NCBI GenBank assembly: GCA_046583195.1
Contig: JAYGCV010000090.1
Location: 1-56,096, forward strand
Source of the DNA: Myxococcota bacterium
GTDB taxonomy: Bacteria > Myxococcota_A > UBA9160 > UBA4427
Direction: 5' to 3'
Length of the DNA stretch: 56,096 nt
Below are positions 36,674-46,456 of this stretch, piece after piece. The notes under the pieces were generated by a model. It saw only the letters and a list, made by a program, of their open reading frames with translations. It made no database searches and was not told the DNA's origin. The translations under genes were made by a program, and so were the position numbers. Every line of letters starts with the position of its first letter. Positions within the stretch are counted from its first letter, which is position 1.

Positions 36674-38439
36674 GGCTTCGCGCCGAGGGGGCGAATCTCG
36701 ACGAGTTGCGCGTCGAGTTCCTTGAGGGCCATGTTGATCGCCTTGTTCTCGAGGGCGTTCTTGCGGTAACGGCGAATGGACTCGCGATCGTTTTCAGGAC
36801 TCGAGAGGCTCTTCGCGCCTCCACCGAGGGCTCTGATTTCGATCTTCATCCGGCTGCCGAAAAAGCGCTCGCAGATGGCGTCGACTTCGCTGATGCGATC
36901 GATGAGGCGCTGGGAGTGGAAGGCGTTGCTGACGCCGATGCACAGCCGGCTGTCCTGGTGCTCGAGCAATTTCCCGCCTTCGAGCGAGGCGAAGAGACCG
37001 CGGTTCTGGTTCTGGGCGAAGGCGCGCAGTCGGTCGAAGACTTCGTCGAGGGAGGCATCGGATTCGATCACCGCGGCCTTGGCGGGCGTGACGGCCGGGG
37101 TCGTGGCGTCGACGACGGGCTGCGTGGCCGTGGCCTCGGCCTTCGGCGCCGGGGTGTCTCCTGGGCCAGCTTTCGTCTCCGGAACGGCGGCGGGGCGGGG
37201 CTTCTCGGGTTCCGGGGCCGGACGCGGCGGGGGGCGCGTGGCTGCCGGGCGTATCGCCGCCACGGAACCTCGACCGCCCTGGATGCTCCCGCTGCCCAGC
37301 TGCTTCTCGAGGGCTTCAAGCTTTGAAACCAATGCGGCGACTTCAACGCCTTCGGGGAGAGAGGCCAGCCGTACCAAGGTCATCTCGAAGACCGCGAAGG
37401 GATGGGGCGCCCAGCCCAGTTCCTCCTGCTCGGTGACCAGCGTCCGGAACATGCGCCGCAGGCGCACCGGATCGGTGGCTTCGGAGAGATCGCGCAGCTG
37501 CTGCAGCTCGTCGTCGTTGCACTCGACGAGATTGGAAGCACCCGGGGCTACGCGCAACACCACGAGGTCCCGGAAGAGCTGCATCAGGTCCGAGGCCAGG
37601 CGGCTGGCTTCGGTGCCGGCCTCGAAGGCACCAGCGCTGGCCTCGAGGGCGGCGGCGGCATCGCCCTCGACGCAGGCCCGGGCGATTGCCAGCAACACCG
37701 ATCGATCGGTGAGGTCGAGGACTTCGGCGATCGAAGCGTCGGAGACATCGGTTCCGCCGTAGGAAAGGATCTGGTCCATCAACGTCTGGGCATCGCGCAT
37801 CGAACCGTCGCCTTCGCGGGCGATGGCGCGCAGGCCGGCGTCGGAAATCGTCACCGACTCCGCGTCGGCGATGGCGCGCAGGCGTTGCGCCACCTGGGTG
37901 ATGGGGATGCGCCGCAGGTCGTAGCGCTGGCAGCGAGACAACACGGTGAAGGGGATGCGCTCTGGCTCGGTGGTGGCAAAGACAAAGAGACTCCGCGGCG
38001 GCGGCTCCTCGAGCGTCTTGAGCAGGGCGTTGAAGGCCGGCTTCGAGAGCATGTGGACTTCGTCGACCACGTAGATGCGATACTTGCCGGGAGAAGGGGC
38101 GTAGCGGATCGACTCGATCAGATCGCGCACGTCGTCGACACTGTTACGGCTGGCCGCATCGATTTCCTGCACGTCCGTTGAGCGACCGTCGGTGATCTCG
38201 ACACACGAGTCGCAGGTGCCGCAGGGTTCTTCGGTCGGGCCCTGCTCGCAGTTCAGGCAGTGCGCCAGGATGCGTGCGAGGGTCGTCTTGCCGACGCCGC
38301 GCGGGCCCGCGAGCAACACCGCATGGGGGACGCGGTCGCTGCGGATGGCGTTGCGCAGCGGTGTGGTGACGTGGTCCTGGCCGATGACCTCGTCAAAGGT
38401 CTTCGGACGCCATTTCCGCGCGATGACTTCGTAACTCAA
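36670..38439 (-). CDS. dnaX: DNA polymerase III subunit gamma/tau
   Basis: SYEVIARKWRP, GPRGVGKTT, DEVHML and SRC; TTG start at 38439. Confidence 0.96.
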   Translation of the reverse strand: MSYEVIARKWRPKTFDEVIGQDHVTTPLRNAIRSDRVPHAVLLAGPRGVGKTTLARILAHCLNCEQGPTEEPCGTCDSCVEITDGRSTDVQEIDAASRNSVDDVRDLIESIRYAPSPGKYRIYVVDEVHMLSKPAFNALLKTLEEPPPRSLFVFATTEPERIPFTVLSRCQRYDLRRIPITQVAQRLRAIADAESVTISDAGLRAIAREGDGSMRDAQTLMDQILSYGGTDVSDASIAEVLDLTDRSVLLAIARACVEGDAAAALEASAGAFEAGTEASRLASDLMQLFRDLVVLRVAPGASNLVECNDDELQQLRDLSEATDPVRLRRMFRTLVTEQEELGWAPHPFAVFEMTLVRLASLPEGVEVAALVSKLEALEKQLGSGSIQGGRGSVAAIRPAATRPPPRPAPEPEKPRPAAVPETKAGPGDTPAPKAEATATQPVVDATTPAVTPAKAAVIESDASLDEVFDRLRAFAQNQNRGLFASLEGGKLLEHQDSRLCIGVSNAFHSQRLIDRISEVDAICERFFGSRMKIEIRALGGGAKSLSSPENDRESIRRYRKNALENKAINMALKELDAQLVEIRPLGAKP

Positions 38440-38483
38440 AGGGGGTGGGGCCTCGCGAATGCTGGGGGCCTGCCCCGGTCCAA

Positions 38484-38587
38484 GATCGCAGGGCACCCCC
38501 GCTTGCGACCGGTCCCCCGCTACCGCTGCTTCCTTCCGGATCTGACGGGGTTCACAAGGTTCCGAGTCCGAGCGGGACCCTGCGATC
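38484..38587 (-). ncRNA. ffs: Signal recognition particle RNA (4.5S)
   Basis: Long hairpin containing GTCAGATCCGGAAGGAAGCAGC (SRP helix 8) with complementary GATCGCAGGG ends; upstream of dnaX. Confidence 0.95.
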
Positions 38588-38805
38588 AAGGTCCGAGACA
38601 GACCCCGGTCGCAATCTACACGGGGCCCTCGGGGCGGTCAATCAGTCGCATCCACCCCGCGCAGCAGAAGGCGGCGTGGCCCCCTGGGGCCGAGCTCGGT
38701 CGCCGGGCCAGCAGGCGCAGCGGGCGTGGACTAGGTTCCGGCCTCCCCGGGCCCGCCGCGATCACAGGCCGATGGCGGCGCGAGGGGCTCGGCAAGGAGC
38801 ATGGA

Positions 38806-39705
38806 ATGCCGGAAGAGCAGGGCGACGCCCGAGATCGGCGCGGCGCCCTCCTGCTGGGCGTGGGGGCCCTCATTGGAATCGGGCTGGCCGCTTCCGGGGC
38901 GTTTTCGCCGGCGGACTTCAACGCGGTGGGGGGCAACGTAATCGCGCGCGTGAACGGCCGTGCGGTCGCCGCCGAGAGCTACGCCCTCGCGCGCGATCGC
39001 CTGGCCCTCGACAAGCGCAACCCGATGACCGACGCCGACCGCGAGCACGTCCTTCGGCGACTGGTCGAAGAGGAACTGCTGATCCAGCGCGGCGAGGCCA
39101 TCGGGCTCGTCGAATCGGAGCCCTCGATCCGGAAGGCGATCGCGGCGGCGATGATCCAGGCCATCGTGGCCGAGAGTGAGAGCCAGCAGCCGGACCGCGG
39201 GGAGCTTCTCGCCTTCTATGAAGAGAATCGCGGTTATTTTACACCGCCGGGCACGCTGCACGTGCGCCAGCTTCGGATTCGCAAACGTGCCGGGGAAGAG
39301 GCCGCCGACTGGCGCGCGCGGGGACGCGAAGCGGCCAGTGCCCTGGCAGCGGGAGAGCACTTCGAATCGGTGGGCGAGCGCCTCGGGGATGCTCCGCTGC
39401 TGGTGATTCCCGACGCCCCGCTGCCTTCGCAGAAGTTGCGACAGTACCTCGGGCCGAGCCTCACGCGTCTCGCGGCCGGGCTGCCGACCGGGTCGACTAG
39501 CGCATTCGTCGAGGCGGAAGACGGCGGGCGCATCCTGCTGCTGGTGGCGGCGACCGAGGGAACGACGCCGGCCTTCGAGGCGATCTCCAATCAGGTCGAG
39601 GTCGCCCACCGCCGCTTTGCGGGGGACCAGGCCCTGCGCGAGGTCCTCGAGAGCCTGTGGCACGACGCTGCCATCGAATTCGCGCCCGGGGCGCCGCTGC
39701 ACTGA
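38806..39705 (+). CDS. SurA-N / PpiC-like peptidyl-prolyl isomerase-family membrane-anchored protein
   Basis: N-terminal TM helix, IARVNG, LVEEELLIQR..IGL and a rotamase-like C-terminal half; coupled to the HupE/UreJ gene. Confidence 0.7.
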   Translation: MPEEQGDARDRRGALLLGVGALIGIGLAASGAFSPADFNAVGGNVIARVNGRAVAAESYALARDRLALDKRNPMTDADREHVLRRLVEEELLIQRGEAIGLVESEPSIRKAIAAAMIQAIVAESESQQPDRGELLAFYEENRGYFTPPGTLHVRQLRIRKRAGEEAADWRARGREAASALAAGEHFESVGERLGDAPLLVIPDAPLPSQKLRQYLGPSLTRLAAGLPTGSTSAFVEAEDGGRILLLVAATEGTTPAFEAISNQVEVAHRRFAGDQALREVLESLWHDAAIEFAPGAPLH

Positions 39706-40937
39706 TGCGAAGGCGTTCCGGGACGCTTCGCCGCGCCTTCGTGCTCGGCGCCCTCCTGCTGGGGGCCGCCGCCGCGGCGCAGGCCCACACCCGCAGCCAA
39801 TCGTTCTCGAACTGGGAGATTGCAGGGGACGGGACCGTTCGCGCGAGCTTCAGCGTGCTGGCTCGGGAAGCGACGCGACTGGTGCCGCTCGAGGCGGCGG
39901 CTTCGAACCTCGAAGCGGTCTTCGTGGCGCATCTCGCGCGCCGGGTCGAGGTGCACTCGGCGGACGGCGTGTGTGTTCCCGTTGGCGGGCCGCGGCCGCT
40001 GCGGGCACGCGAGGGGCACTTGCGGGCGGAGTGGCATTTTGACTGCCCGCCCGGGAGCGATCTCGAGATTGGCATTGCGAGTTTCTTCGATGTCTCCCCC
40101 TCCCACGTCCATTTCGCTCGGGTTCGGCGGGGCGATGCTCTCCCGCGCGAGTATTTGTACACCGACGCCACCCGAAGCCATCCACTCGCGGCGACCGAAA
40201 CCGCCGAGTCGTCGTCCACCGCCACCACCTTCACCCAGTATGTCTCGCTCGGCGTCGAGCACATCTGGGCCGGCTTTGATCACATCGCCTTCCTGCTCGC
40301 GCTGCTGCTGCTCTCGAGTCGGCTCCGGGATGTCGCCTGGATGGTCACCGGCTTCACGCTGGGACACAGCCTGACGCTGACCCTGGCCGCACTCGGCTGG
40401 GTGGTCCCGGATGTTCCCGTCATCGAAGCGTTGATCGGCTTCACCATCGCGTTGGTGGCGATCGAGAGCGTCGCGGTCGAATCGGGGCACGCCCGTCCCA
40501 TTGCCGCCGCGCTGGCCCTGGGCCTCCTCGCGCTCGCCGGCGCGACGATGCTTGGCCTAACGCGGCTGCCCGTGGAGGTTTCGCTGGGTCTCGCGCTCTT
40601 TGGCTATTGCAGCCTGCGGCTGGCTTCGACCCGAGAGGCCGCGCGCCGCTTCAGCCCGGTGCTCACGGTGGTCTTCGGGTTGGTGCACGGCTTTGGCTTC
40701 GCCAGCGTGCTGATGGAGATCGGGCTGCCGCGCGATCGCCTGGTGCCGGCACTCTTTGGATTCAACATCGGTGTCGAGGTCGGGCAGTTGGTGATCGTGG
40801 CGGGGGCCTTTACCGGCGTCACGCTGCTCGCGCGGCACCTCTCTTTGCAAATGCGAAGCTTGGGTCGGAGCCTGCTCGCAGCGGGGCTCTGCGGCCTCGG
40901 GCTCTACTGGTTCGTACTCCGCGCGACGCTCGCGTGA
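39705..40937 (+). CDS. HupE/UreJ family protein
   Basis: Signal peptide AQA-H; LGVEHIWAGFDHIAFL, FTLGHSLTL, FGLVHGFGFA and FNIGVEVGQ. Confidence 0.88.
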   Translation: MRRRSGTLRRAFVLGALLLGAAAAAQAHTRSQSFSNWEIAGDGTVRASFSVLAREATRLVPLEAAASNLEAVFVAHLARRVEVHSADGVCVPVGGPRPLRAREGHLRAEWHFDCPPGSDLEIGIASFFDVSPSHVHFARVRRGDALPREYLYTDATRSHPLAATETAESSSTATTFTQYVSLGVEHIWAGFDHIAFLLALLLLSSRLRDVAWMVTGFTLGHSLTLTLAALGWVVPDVPVIEALIGFTIALVAIESVAVESGHARPIAAALALGLLALAGATMLGLTRLPVEVSLGLALFGYCSLRLASTREAARRFSPVLTVVFGLVHGFGFASVLMEIGLPRDRLVPALFGFNIGVEVGQLVIVAGAFTGVTLLARHLSLQMRSLGRSLLAAGLCGLGLYWFVLRATLA

Positions 40938-41009
40938 GGCGTCGCGCTTCTGCCGCGCGGCCGTTTCTGCTCGTGACTTCGTGTAGAGTAGCGAGAGGAG
41001 ACGCGGACG

Positions 41010-42782
41010 ATGTCGGATCGTAGCGGCGAGGGCGCAGTGACTGCGGGGACTGAAGCCGCGGAACTCAACCCGCTTGTCGAGAAAGCGCCCGTCGGGGAAG
41101 CGACGGACCTGCCCCGGGCCTTCGCGCTCCTGGCAGAGATGACGCGGCGTTTCGCCGACAGCCTCGAGGTGACGCCGGCGTTGGTGGCGGCCCTCGAATC
41201 GATCGCTGCGCAGCTCGGCGCCGAGGGCGGATCGTTGTGGCTGCGCGACGATCAGGCGGGCGAGGCGGGCGAGATCGTGTGCGAAGCCTCGGTGGGGCCC
41301 GCCGACATCACCGGGCTGCGCCTGTCGATCGAGGAGGGGATCGTCGGGCGCTGCGTCCGCGAGAACGCTTGCCAGAGCGTGTTCGACACGGCCAAGGATC
41401 CCGCCTTCGCAAGCTCGGTGGACAAGGCCTCGGGAATTCGGACGCGCTCGATCCTGTGTGCGCCGATGCCGGGGAGCGACGGCGCCATTGGTGCAGTCGA
41501 GTTGATCAACCGCAGGGAGGGCGATGGCTGCTTCTCTGCCGGGGACCTTCACGTGCTCGAGGTGCTGGCTTCTTCGGCGGCGCTGGCGCTGAGCAATGCG
41601 CGCATGGCGACCGCGGCCGCCGAGCACCGCCGGGTGCAGCGCGAACTCGAGCTCGCAGCCGAGATCCAGCGCGCGTTGCTGCCCGAGGCCGGGGCGGTGG
41701 ACGCGCCGATTCACGGCGAGAACGTCCCCGCGCGAACCGTCTCGGGGGACTTCTTTGACTACCTCGAGCTCTCCGATGGTCGCATCTCGTTCTGCCTGGG
41801 AGACGTCTCGGGGAAAGGCATGAATGCAGCGCTGTTGATGGCGAAGACCGCGAGTCTCTACCGCTGCCTGACGAAAACAATCCCGAGCCCAGGGCGCCTG
41901 CTCGCGGTGATCAACGATGAACTCGCCGAGACTTCCTCGCGCGGGATGTTCGTGACGATGGCCGCGGGGGTCTATGACCCCGCGAGCGGACAGGTCGTGC
42001 TGGCGAACGCGGGCCATGAGCCCCCGCTCTTTCGCAGCACCGACGGAGGTTTTCGGGGGATACCGGCGCTCGAGCCGCCGCTGGGTGTGATCCAGGGGCT
42101 GCTGCCGCCCGAGGGCTACCCGGAAACGACGATCGACCTCGCGGGCGGTCGACTCTTCGTCTTCTCGGACGGGCTCACCGAGGCGATCGGCGCCGACGGT
42201 GAGCAGATCGGTTCCGAGGGGCTAGAGGCGCTCTTCGACGAGTACCAGGAAGACAGCATCGCCGATTGTGTGGCCGCCGTGATCCGTCGCGTTGGCGATC
42301 TCGAGCACCGCGACGACCTCACGCTTCTCGGTCTCGAGCAACGCGCTGGGAGCACATCAGAGGAGCGTGCAGAGGTACTTTGGGAGCACCGCTGCCCCGC
42401 CGAGGCGAAGCAGCTCGCGGGCATTCGCAAGGATCTGCGCGGCGCCCTGGCCGCTGCGGGCCTCGACGACACCCGTGCGGCCGATTTCGTGACTGCGATC
42501 GACGAGGCCTGTCAGAACGTGGTCCGCCATGCCTACGCCGACGCCCCTGTCGGAGACATGCAGGTGACACTGCTGCGCTGCGGCAGCGAGTGGACGCTGC
42601 TGCTGCGCGACTGGGCGCCTCCGGTCGACCCGAGCTGCCTCGATGCCGGACGCGATTTCGACGATCTCCGTCCGGGAGGGCTGGGGACGCGCTTCATGAA
42701 GGAGCTGATGGACGAGGTCTCCTTCGACTCTCCTCCTGCCGGCGGAGGCAATCGGCTCCGGCTCGTGAAGCGGTTATCCTAA
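41010..42782 (+). CDS. GAF - SpoIIE/PP2C phosphatase - RsbW-type HATPase_c kinase fusion
   Basis: GAF (GIVG..RSILCAPM..VELINR); PP2C SGDFFD, GDVSGKG, NAGH, SDGLTEA and RDDLT; kinase DEACQNVVRHAY and PGGLG. Confidence 0.9.
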   Translation: MSDRSGEGAVTAGTEAAELNPLVEKAPVGEATDLPRAFALLAEMTRRFADSLEVTPALVAALESIAAQLGAEGGSLWLRDDQAGEAGEIVCEASVGPADITGLRLSIEEGIVGRCVRENACQSVFDTAKDPAFASSVDKASGIRTRSILCAPMPGSDGAIGAVELINRREGDGCFSAGDLHVLEVLASSAALALSNARMATAAAEHRRVQRELELAAEIQRALLPEAGAVDAPIHGENVPARTVSGDFFDYLELSDGRISFCLGDVSGKGMNAALLMAKTASLYRCLTKTIPSPGRLLAVINDELAETSSRGMFVTMAAGVYDPASGQVVLANAGHEPPLFRSTDGGFRGIPALEPPLGVIQGLLPPEGYPETTIDLAGGRLFVFSDGLTEAIGADGEQIGSEGLEALFDEYQEDSIADCVAAVIRRVGDLEHRDDLTLLGLEQRAGSTSEERAEVLWEHRCPAEAKQLAGIRKDLRGALAAAGLDDTRAADFVTAIDEACQNVVRHAYADAPVGDMQVTLLRCGSEWTLLLRDWAPPVDPSCLDAGRDFDDLRPGGLGTRFMKELMDEVSFDSPPAGGGNRLRLVKRLS

Positions 42783-42860
42783 TTCGCGGCTCCCGGAGTG
42801 GCGCGCGGAGCGCCCCGCCCGGACTGCGGCCGCAAGTCCAAGTAAAGGACACGAGACGCC

Positions 42861-43187
42861 ATGCAGCACGAAGTCCGGGAAGAAGGTGAAACCCTGGTGG
42901 TGGCGCTCGCGGGCGAGATCGACCTCGAACATTCGCCGAAAGCGCGCGAAGTGTTGCTCGAATGTGTCGGGCGATCGCGTCCCATCCTGGTGGATCTCTC
43001 GGGTGTCGAGTACATCGACAGCTCTGGCGTGGCGAGCCTGGTCGAAGCCCTGCAGCAGGCGAAGGCGCGTGGCCAGTCGTTGGCACTGGCGTCGGTGAGC
43101 GCCTCGGCGTTGCGCGTGCTCGAACTCGCGCGCCTCGACAAGGTCTTCACGATCCACGCGAGTGTTGCGGAGGGGCTGGGTGGCTGA
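42861..43187 (+). CDS. STAS domain protein (anti-anti-sigma / MlaB-like)
   Basis: GEIDL and DLSGVEYIDSSG with the conserved Ser. Confidence 0.92.
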   Translation: MQHEVREEGETLVVALAGEIDLEHSPKAREVLLECVGRSRPILVDLSGVEYIDSSGVASLVEALQQAKARGQSLALASVSASALRVLELARLDKVFTIHASVAEGLGG

Positions 43188-43998
43188 ACCCCAGGGCGCA
43201 GCCTCGCGCGCCGGCGCCCTTCTCGAATCCGTCGGGCGCGCGGTCGGCGAACTGCTCGAGGCGGTGGGTGTGGGCGCGTCGTTCTTCGGGCAGTCTTTCT
43301 ACTGGCTTGCAATGGGGCGGCGCCGGCGACAGGTCGTACGCTTCGAATCGATCGTGGCGGAGATGGTCGAAACCGGAATCGGAGCGATCCCGATCGTCGT
43401 GGTGCTCTGCACCACCATCGGCTTGATGCTCGCGCTCCAGGGGATCAACGCCCTCGAGCAGTTTGGCGCACAGCACCAGGTGACCTTCGGCGTGGCCCTC
43501 TCGGTGACGCGCGAGTTTGCACCGCTGATCACCGGGATCGTCGTGGCCGGGCGTTCGGGCTCGGCGCTGGCGGCGCGGATCGGCACGATGACCATCAGCA
43601 ACGAGGTCGACGCACTGCAGGTGATGGGGATCTCGCCGGTGCGCTTTCTGGTGGCCCCGCCGCTATTGGCGATGCTGCTGATGGTTCCGTGCCTGGCATT
43701 GCTGGGGGATATCGTGGCCCTGCTCGGGGCGGGGCTCTACATCACCTCGGATCTCGGGATCTCGATGTCCGCCTACTACCACCAGGTGATGGCAGCGGTC
43801 ACGCTGCGCGATCTCCTGGAGGGGCTCGCGAAGGCCACGCTCTTTGGCGGGCTCACGGCCATCGTTGGCGTGGTGAACGGCGCGCGCGTGCAGGGCGGCG
43901 CCGAGGGCGTCGGCCGTGCCACCACCAACGCGGTGGTGCAGTCGATCGCTTTGATCATTCTCACCGACATGGTCTTCACCTTTGCGACCACCCGCTGA
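43180..43998 (+). CDS. mlaE: MlaE family ABC permease
   Basis: REFAPLIT..AGRSGSALAARIGTM..EVDAL and GGAEGVGRATT; GTG start overlaps the STAS 3' end. Confidence 0.9.
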   Translation: MAEPQGAASRAGALLESVGRAVGELLEAVGVGASFFGQSFYWLAMGRRRRQVVRFESIVAEMVETGIGAIPIVVVLCTTIGLMLALQGINALEQFGAQHQVTFGVALSVTREFAPLITGIVVAGRSGSALAARIGTMTISNEVDALQVMGISPVRFLVAPPLLAMLLMVPCLALLGDIVALLGAGLYITSDLGISMSAYYHQVMAAVTLRDLLEGLAKATLFGGLTAIVGVVNGARVQGGAEGVGRATTNAVVQSIALIILTDMVFTFATTR

Positions 43999-43999
43999 C

Positions 44000-44845
44000 A
44001 TGAGCGTCCCCCAGCCGAGCGATCTTGCCGAATCCGTTGAGTCCGGAGAACTTCCCGAAACCGTGATCCGGGTTCGGGACATGGTGAAGTTCTACGGAGA
44101 CCGCGAGATCCTGAAGGGGATCGACGTGGATATCCGCCGCGGTGAGATCATGGTGGTGATGGGGGGCAGCGGCTCGGGGAAGAGCACCTTCCTGCGGCAC
44201 ATCATCGGTCTCGAGCGGCCGACGTCGGGTTCGATCCAGGTGCTCGGCAAGGAACTGTCCGAGATGAGCGCTCTCGAGACCACCGAGTTCTCGAAAAATA
44301 TCGGGGTTGCCTTTCAGGGAGGCGCCCTGTTCTCGTCGATGACGGTGGGCGAGAACGTGATGTTGCCCCTGCGCGAGCACACATCGCTTGACCCCATGAC
44401 GATGGAAATCATGATGCGGATGAAGCTCGAGGTGGTGAGCCTCTCGGGCTTCGAAGATCTGATGCCCTCGGAACTCTCCGGTGGCATGATCAAGCGCGCG
44501 GCCTTCGCACGGGCCATCGTGACCGATCCCCAGATCCTGTTCTGCGATGAGCCCTCGGCGGGTCTTGACCCGGTGGTTTCGGCGGCCCTTGACGAACTGA
44601 TCCTGCGGCTGCGCGATGCCATGCAGATGACCATCGTGGTGGTCACCCACGAACTCGAGTCGGCATTTCGGATCGCCGATCGGATCACGGTCCTGGACCG
44701 CGGGAAGATCCTGATCACGGGAAGCGTCGACGAAGTGCGGAACTGCGAACACGGGCGGGTGCAGGATCTCCTGAACCGCCGCTTCGAAGAAGAAGAACTC
44801 GACCCCGACGCTTATCTCGAGCGTTTGACCGGAGGAGCACCCTAG
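44000..44845 (+). CDS. mlaF: MlaF/Mkl family ABC ATPase
   Basis: GGSGSGKS, FQGGALFSSM, ELSGGMIKR, DEPSAGLDP and VTHE. Confidence 0.9.
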   Translation: MSVPQPSDLAESVESGELPETVIRVRDMVKFYGDREILKGIDVDIRRGEIMVVMGGSGSGKSTFLRHIIGLERPTSGSIQVLGKELSEMSALETTEFSKNIGVAFQGGALFSSMTVGENVMLPLREHTSLDPMTMEIMMRMKLEVVSLSGFEDLMPSELSGGMIKRAAFARAIVTDPQILFCDEPSAGLDPVVSAALDELILRLRDAMQMTIVVVTHELESAFRIADRITVLDRGKILITGSVDEVRNCEHGRVQDLLNRRFEEEELDPDAYLERLTGGAP

Positions 44846-44897
44846 TGATCTGCACCCAGGGCGAAACAGCGAAATCGAGAACTGGAGGGGCAGCGCA

Positions 44898-45803
44898 ATG
44901 ATCGAAGCGCGGCGCAACTACATCGTCGTCGGGGGCTTCGTGGTGGCGATGCTCACCGCGGGGATCGCGTGGGTCGCGGTCCTCTCCGGGGGCGCAGGCG
45001 CCAACGACGAGTACTGGATCCGCTACGAAAACGTGATGGGGCTCTCCTCCGGGGCGCAGATCCTCTTCGAGGGCTACCCGGTGGGGCGCATCGAGGCAAT
45101 CGCCCCGATCCCGGAAGCCGAGGACGGCGGTTTCCGTCTCGATGTCAGCGTGCAGAGCGGCTGGCCGATCCCGGTGGACAGCCGCGCGGAGGTCACCTCC
45201 GCCGGGCCGCTTTCGGCGGTGGTCGTCAACATCGTTCGCGGCGAGTCGGCACAGGTGCTGGCTCCCGGCAGCGAAATCGCCAGTGACGAATCGCCCGGCT
45301 TGATGCAGGCGCTCTCCTCGGTGGCCGGCCAGGTGGGGGCGCTGACCGCCCAGATCGAACCCGTGCTGGCGAGCCTCGGTGACACGGTTCCGATCATCCT
45401 CGACGATGTGCGCGGGCTCACCGAGCGCCTCAGTGGGGCGGCGGATCGGCTCTCGGCGATGCTCTCGCCCGAGAACGCCGAGCACGTCAGTCGCATCCTG
45501 GCGGAACTCGACAACACCGCGACCAACACCGCGAGGCTCTCCGGCGAACTCGTAGCGACCCGTGCCGAAGTCGACGGACTCCTCGCCTCGATGCAGGGCA
45601 TGGTCGACGAGAATCGACCCGACGTGCGCCAGGCGGTCTCGGACATGCAGACCTCGCTCGCCGTGCTGGCCGACCACATGTCGGCGGTCACGCGCAACCT
45701 CGAGGCGACCATGCGGAACATGAACGAGTTCAGCGCGCAGATTCGGCGCGACCCGAGTCGGCTGATCCTGCCAAGCCGGCCTGCGGACGGGGAGGATCAG
45801 TGA
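44898..45803 (+). CDS. mlaD: Single-MCE-domain MlaD family protein with helical C-terminal extension
   Basis: N-terminal TM helix; GLSSGAQILFEGYPVGRI; heptad-rich helical tail ending RRDPSRLI. Confidence 0.88.
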   Translation: MIEARRNYIVVGGFVVAMLTAGIAWVAVLSGGAGANDEYWIRYENVMGLSSGAQILFEGYPVGRIEAIAPIPEAEDGGFRLDVSVQSGWPIPVDSRAEVTSAGPLSAVVVNIVRGESAQVLAPGSEIASDESPGLMQALSSVAGQVGALTAQIEPVLASLGDTVPIILDDVRGLTERLSGAADRLSAMLSPENAEHVSRILAELDNTATNTARLSGELVATRAEVDGLLASMQGMVDENRPDVRQAVSDMQTSLAVLADHMSAVTRNLEATMRNMNEFSAQIRRDPSRLILPSRPADGEDQ

Positions 45804-46444
45804 TGCCGCACGCTAACGGTCGCCCGCTTCCCCGTTTCCGGGTGGTGCGCTTGGCGGCCTCTCTCGGCGTGGTGGCGGCGCTGGGCTGCGCTTCGACCGC
45901 ATCGCCGCCGGATCGCTTCTACCCGCTCCTGGTGGCGGCACCCACGGTCGGTGCGGGTGCCTGTCGCGTCGAGGGGGTGTTGCAGGTGAACCGTCCGGTG
46001 GCGGACGCCACCACCGACCAGCGCAATCTCGTCTACCAACCGGATCCGACCTCGGCGGAGTTGCGACGCCACACCTTCCACCTCTTTACCGACGTGCCGA
46101 GCCTGCTCTTCCAGGACGAGTTGGCGAGCTATCTGCGGAAGGCGGGCGTCGCCCCCACCGTGGTGACACCCGACCTGCGGGCGCGCGCCGATTACGCCCT
46201 CAACGCCCGGATCGTGACCCTGCACCGCGTTCTGGGTGACCCGGCACGCGCCGAAATCGGCATCGAACTCAGCCTGGTGCGTCTGCGCGACCGCAAGGTC
46301 CTGGTGCAGGCGACCGAGTCGGCCTCGCTGCTGGCACCGGATGTGGAGTCGGCGGTAGCGGCCTACGGCGCGGCGGCGGGGACGCTCTTTGACGCCTTCT
46401 TGCGCGACTGCAGCCGCCAACTGGGGGGTCGGAGCGACGGCTGA
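45803..46444 (+). CDS. PqiC-like ABC transport auxiliary lipoprotein
   Basis: Lipobox ALGC followed by PPDRFYPL; typical position after an MCE gene. Confidence 0.75.
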   Translation: MPHANGRPLPRFRVVRLAASLGVVAALGCASTASPPDRFYPLLVAAPTVGAGACRVEGVLQVNRPVADATTDQRNLVYQPDPTSAELRRHTFHLFTDVPSLLFQDELASYLRKAGVAPTVVTPDLRARADYALNARIVTLHRVLGDPARAEIGIELSLVRLRDRKVLVQATESASLLAPDVESAVAAYGAAAGTLFDAFLRDCSRQLGGRSDG

Positions 46445-46456
46445 CGCGGCCGCCCG

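Noticed and set aside
36670-38439. Programmed frameshift site in dnaX
   Set aside because: I found no A-run slippery sequence on the coding strand.
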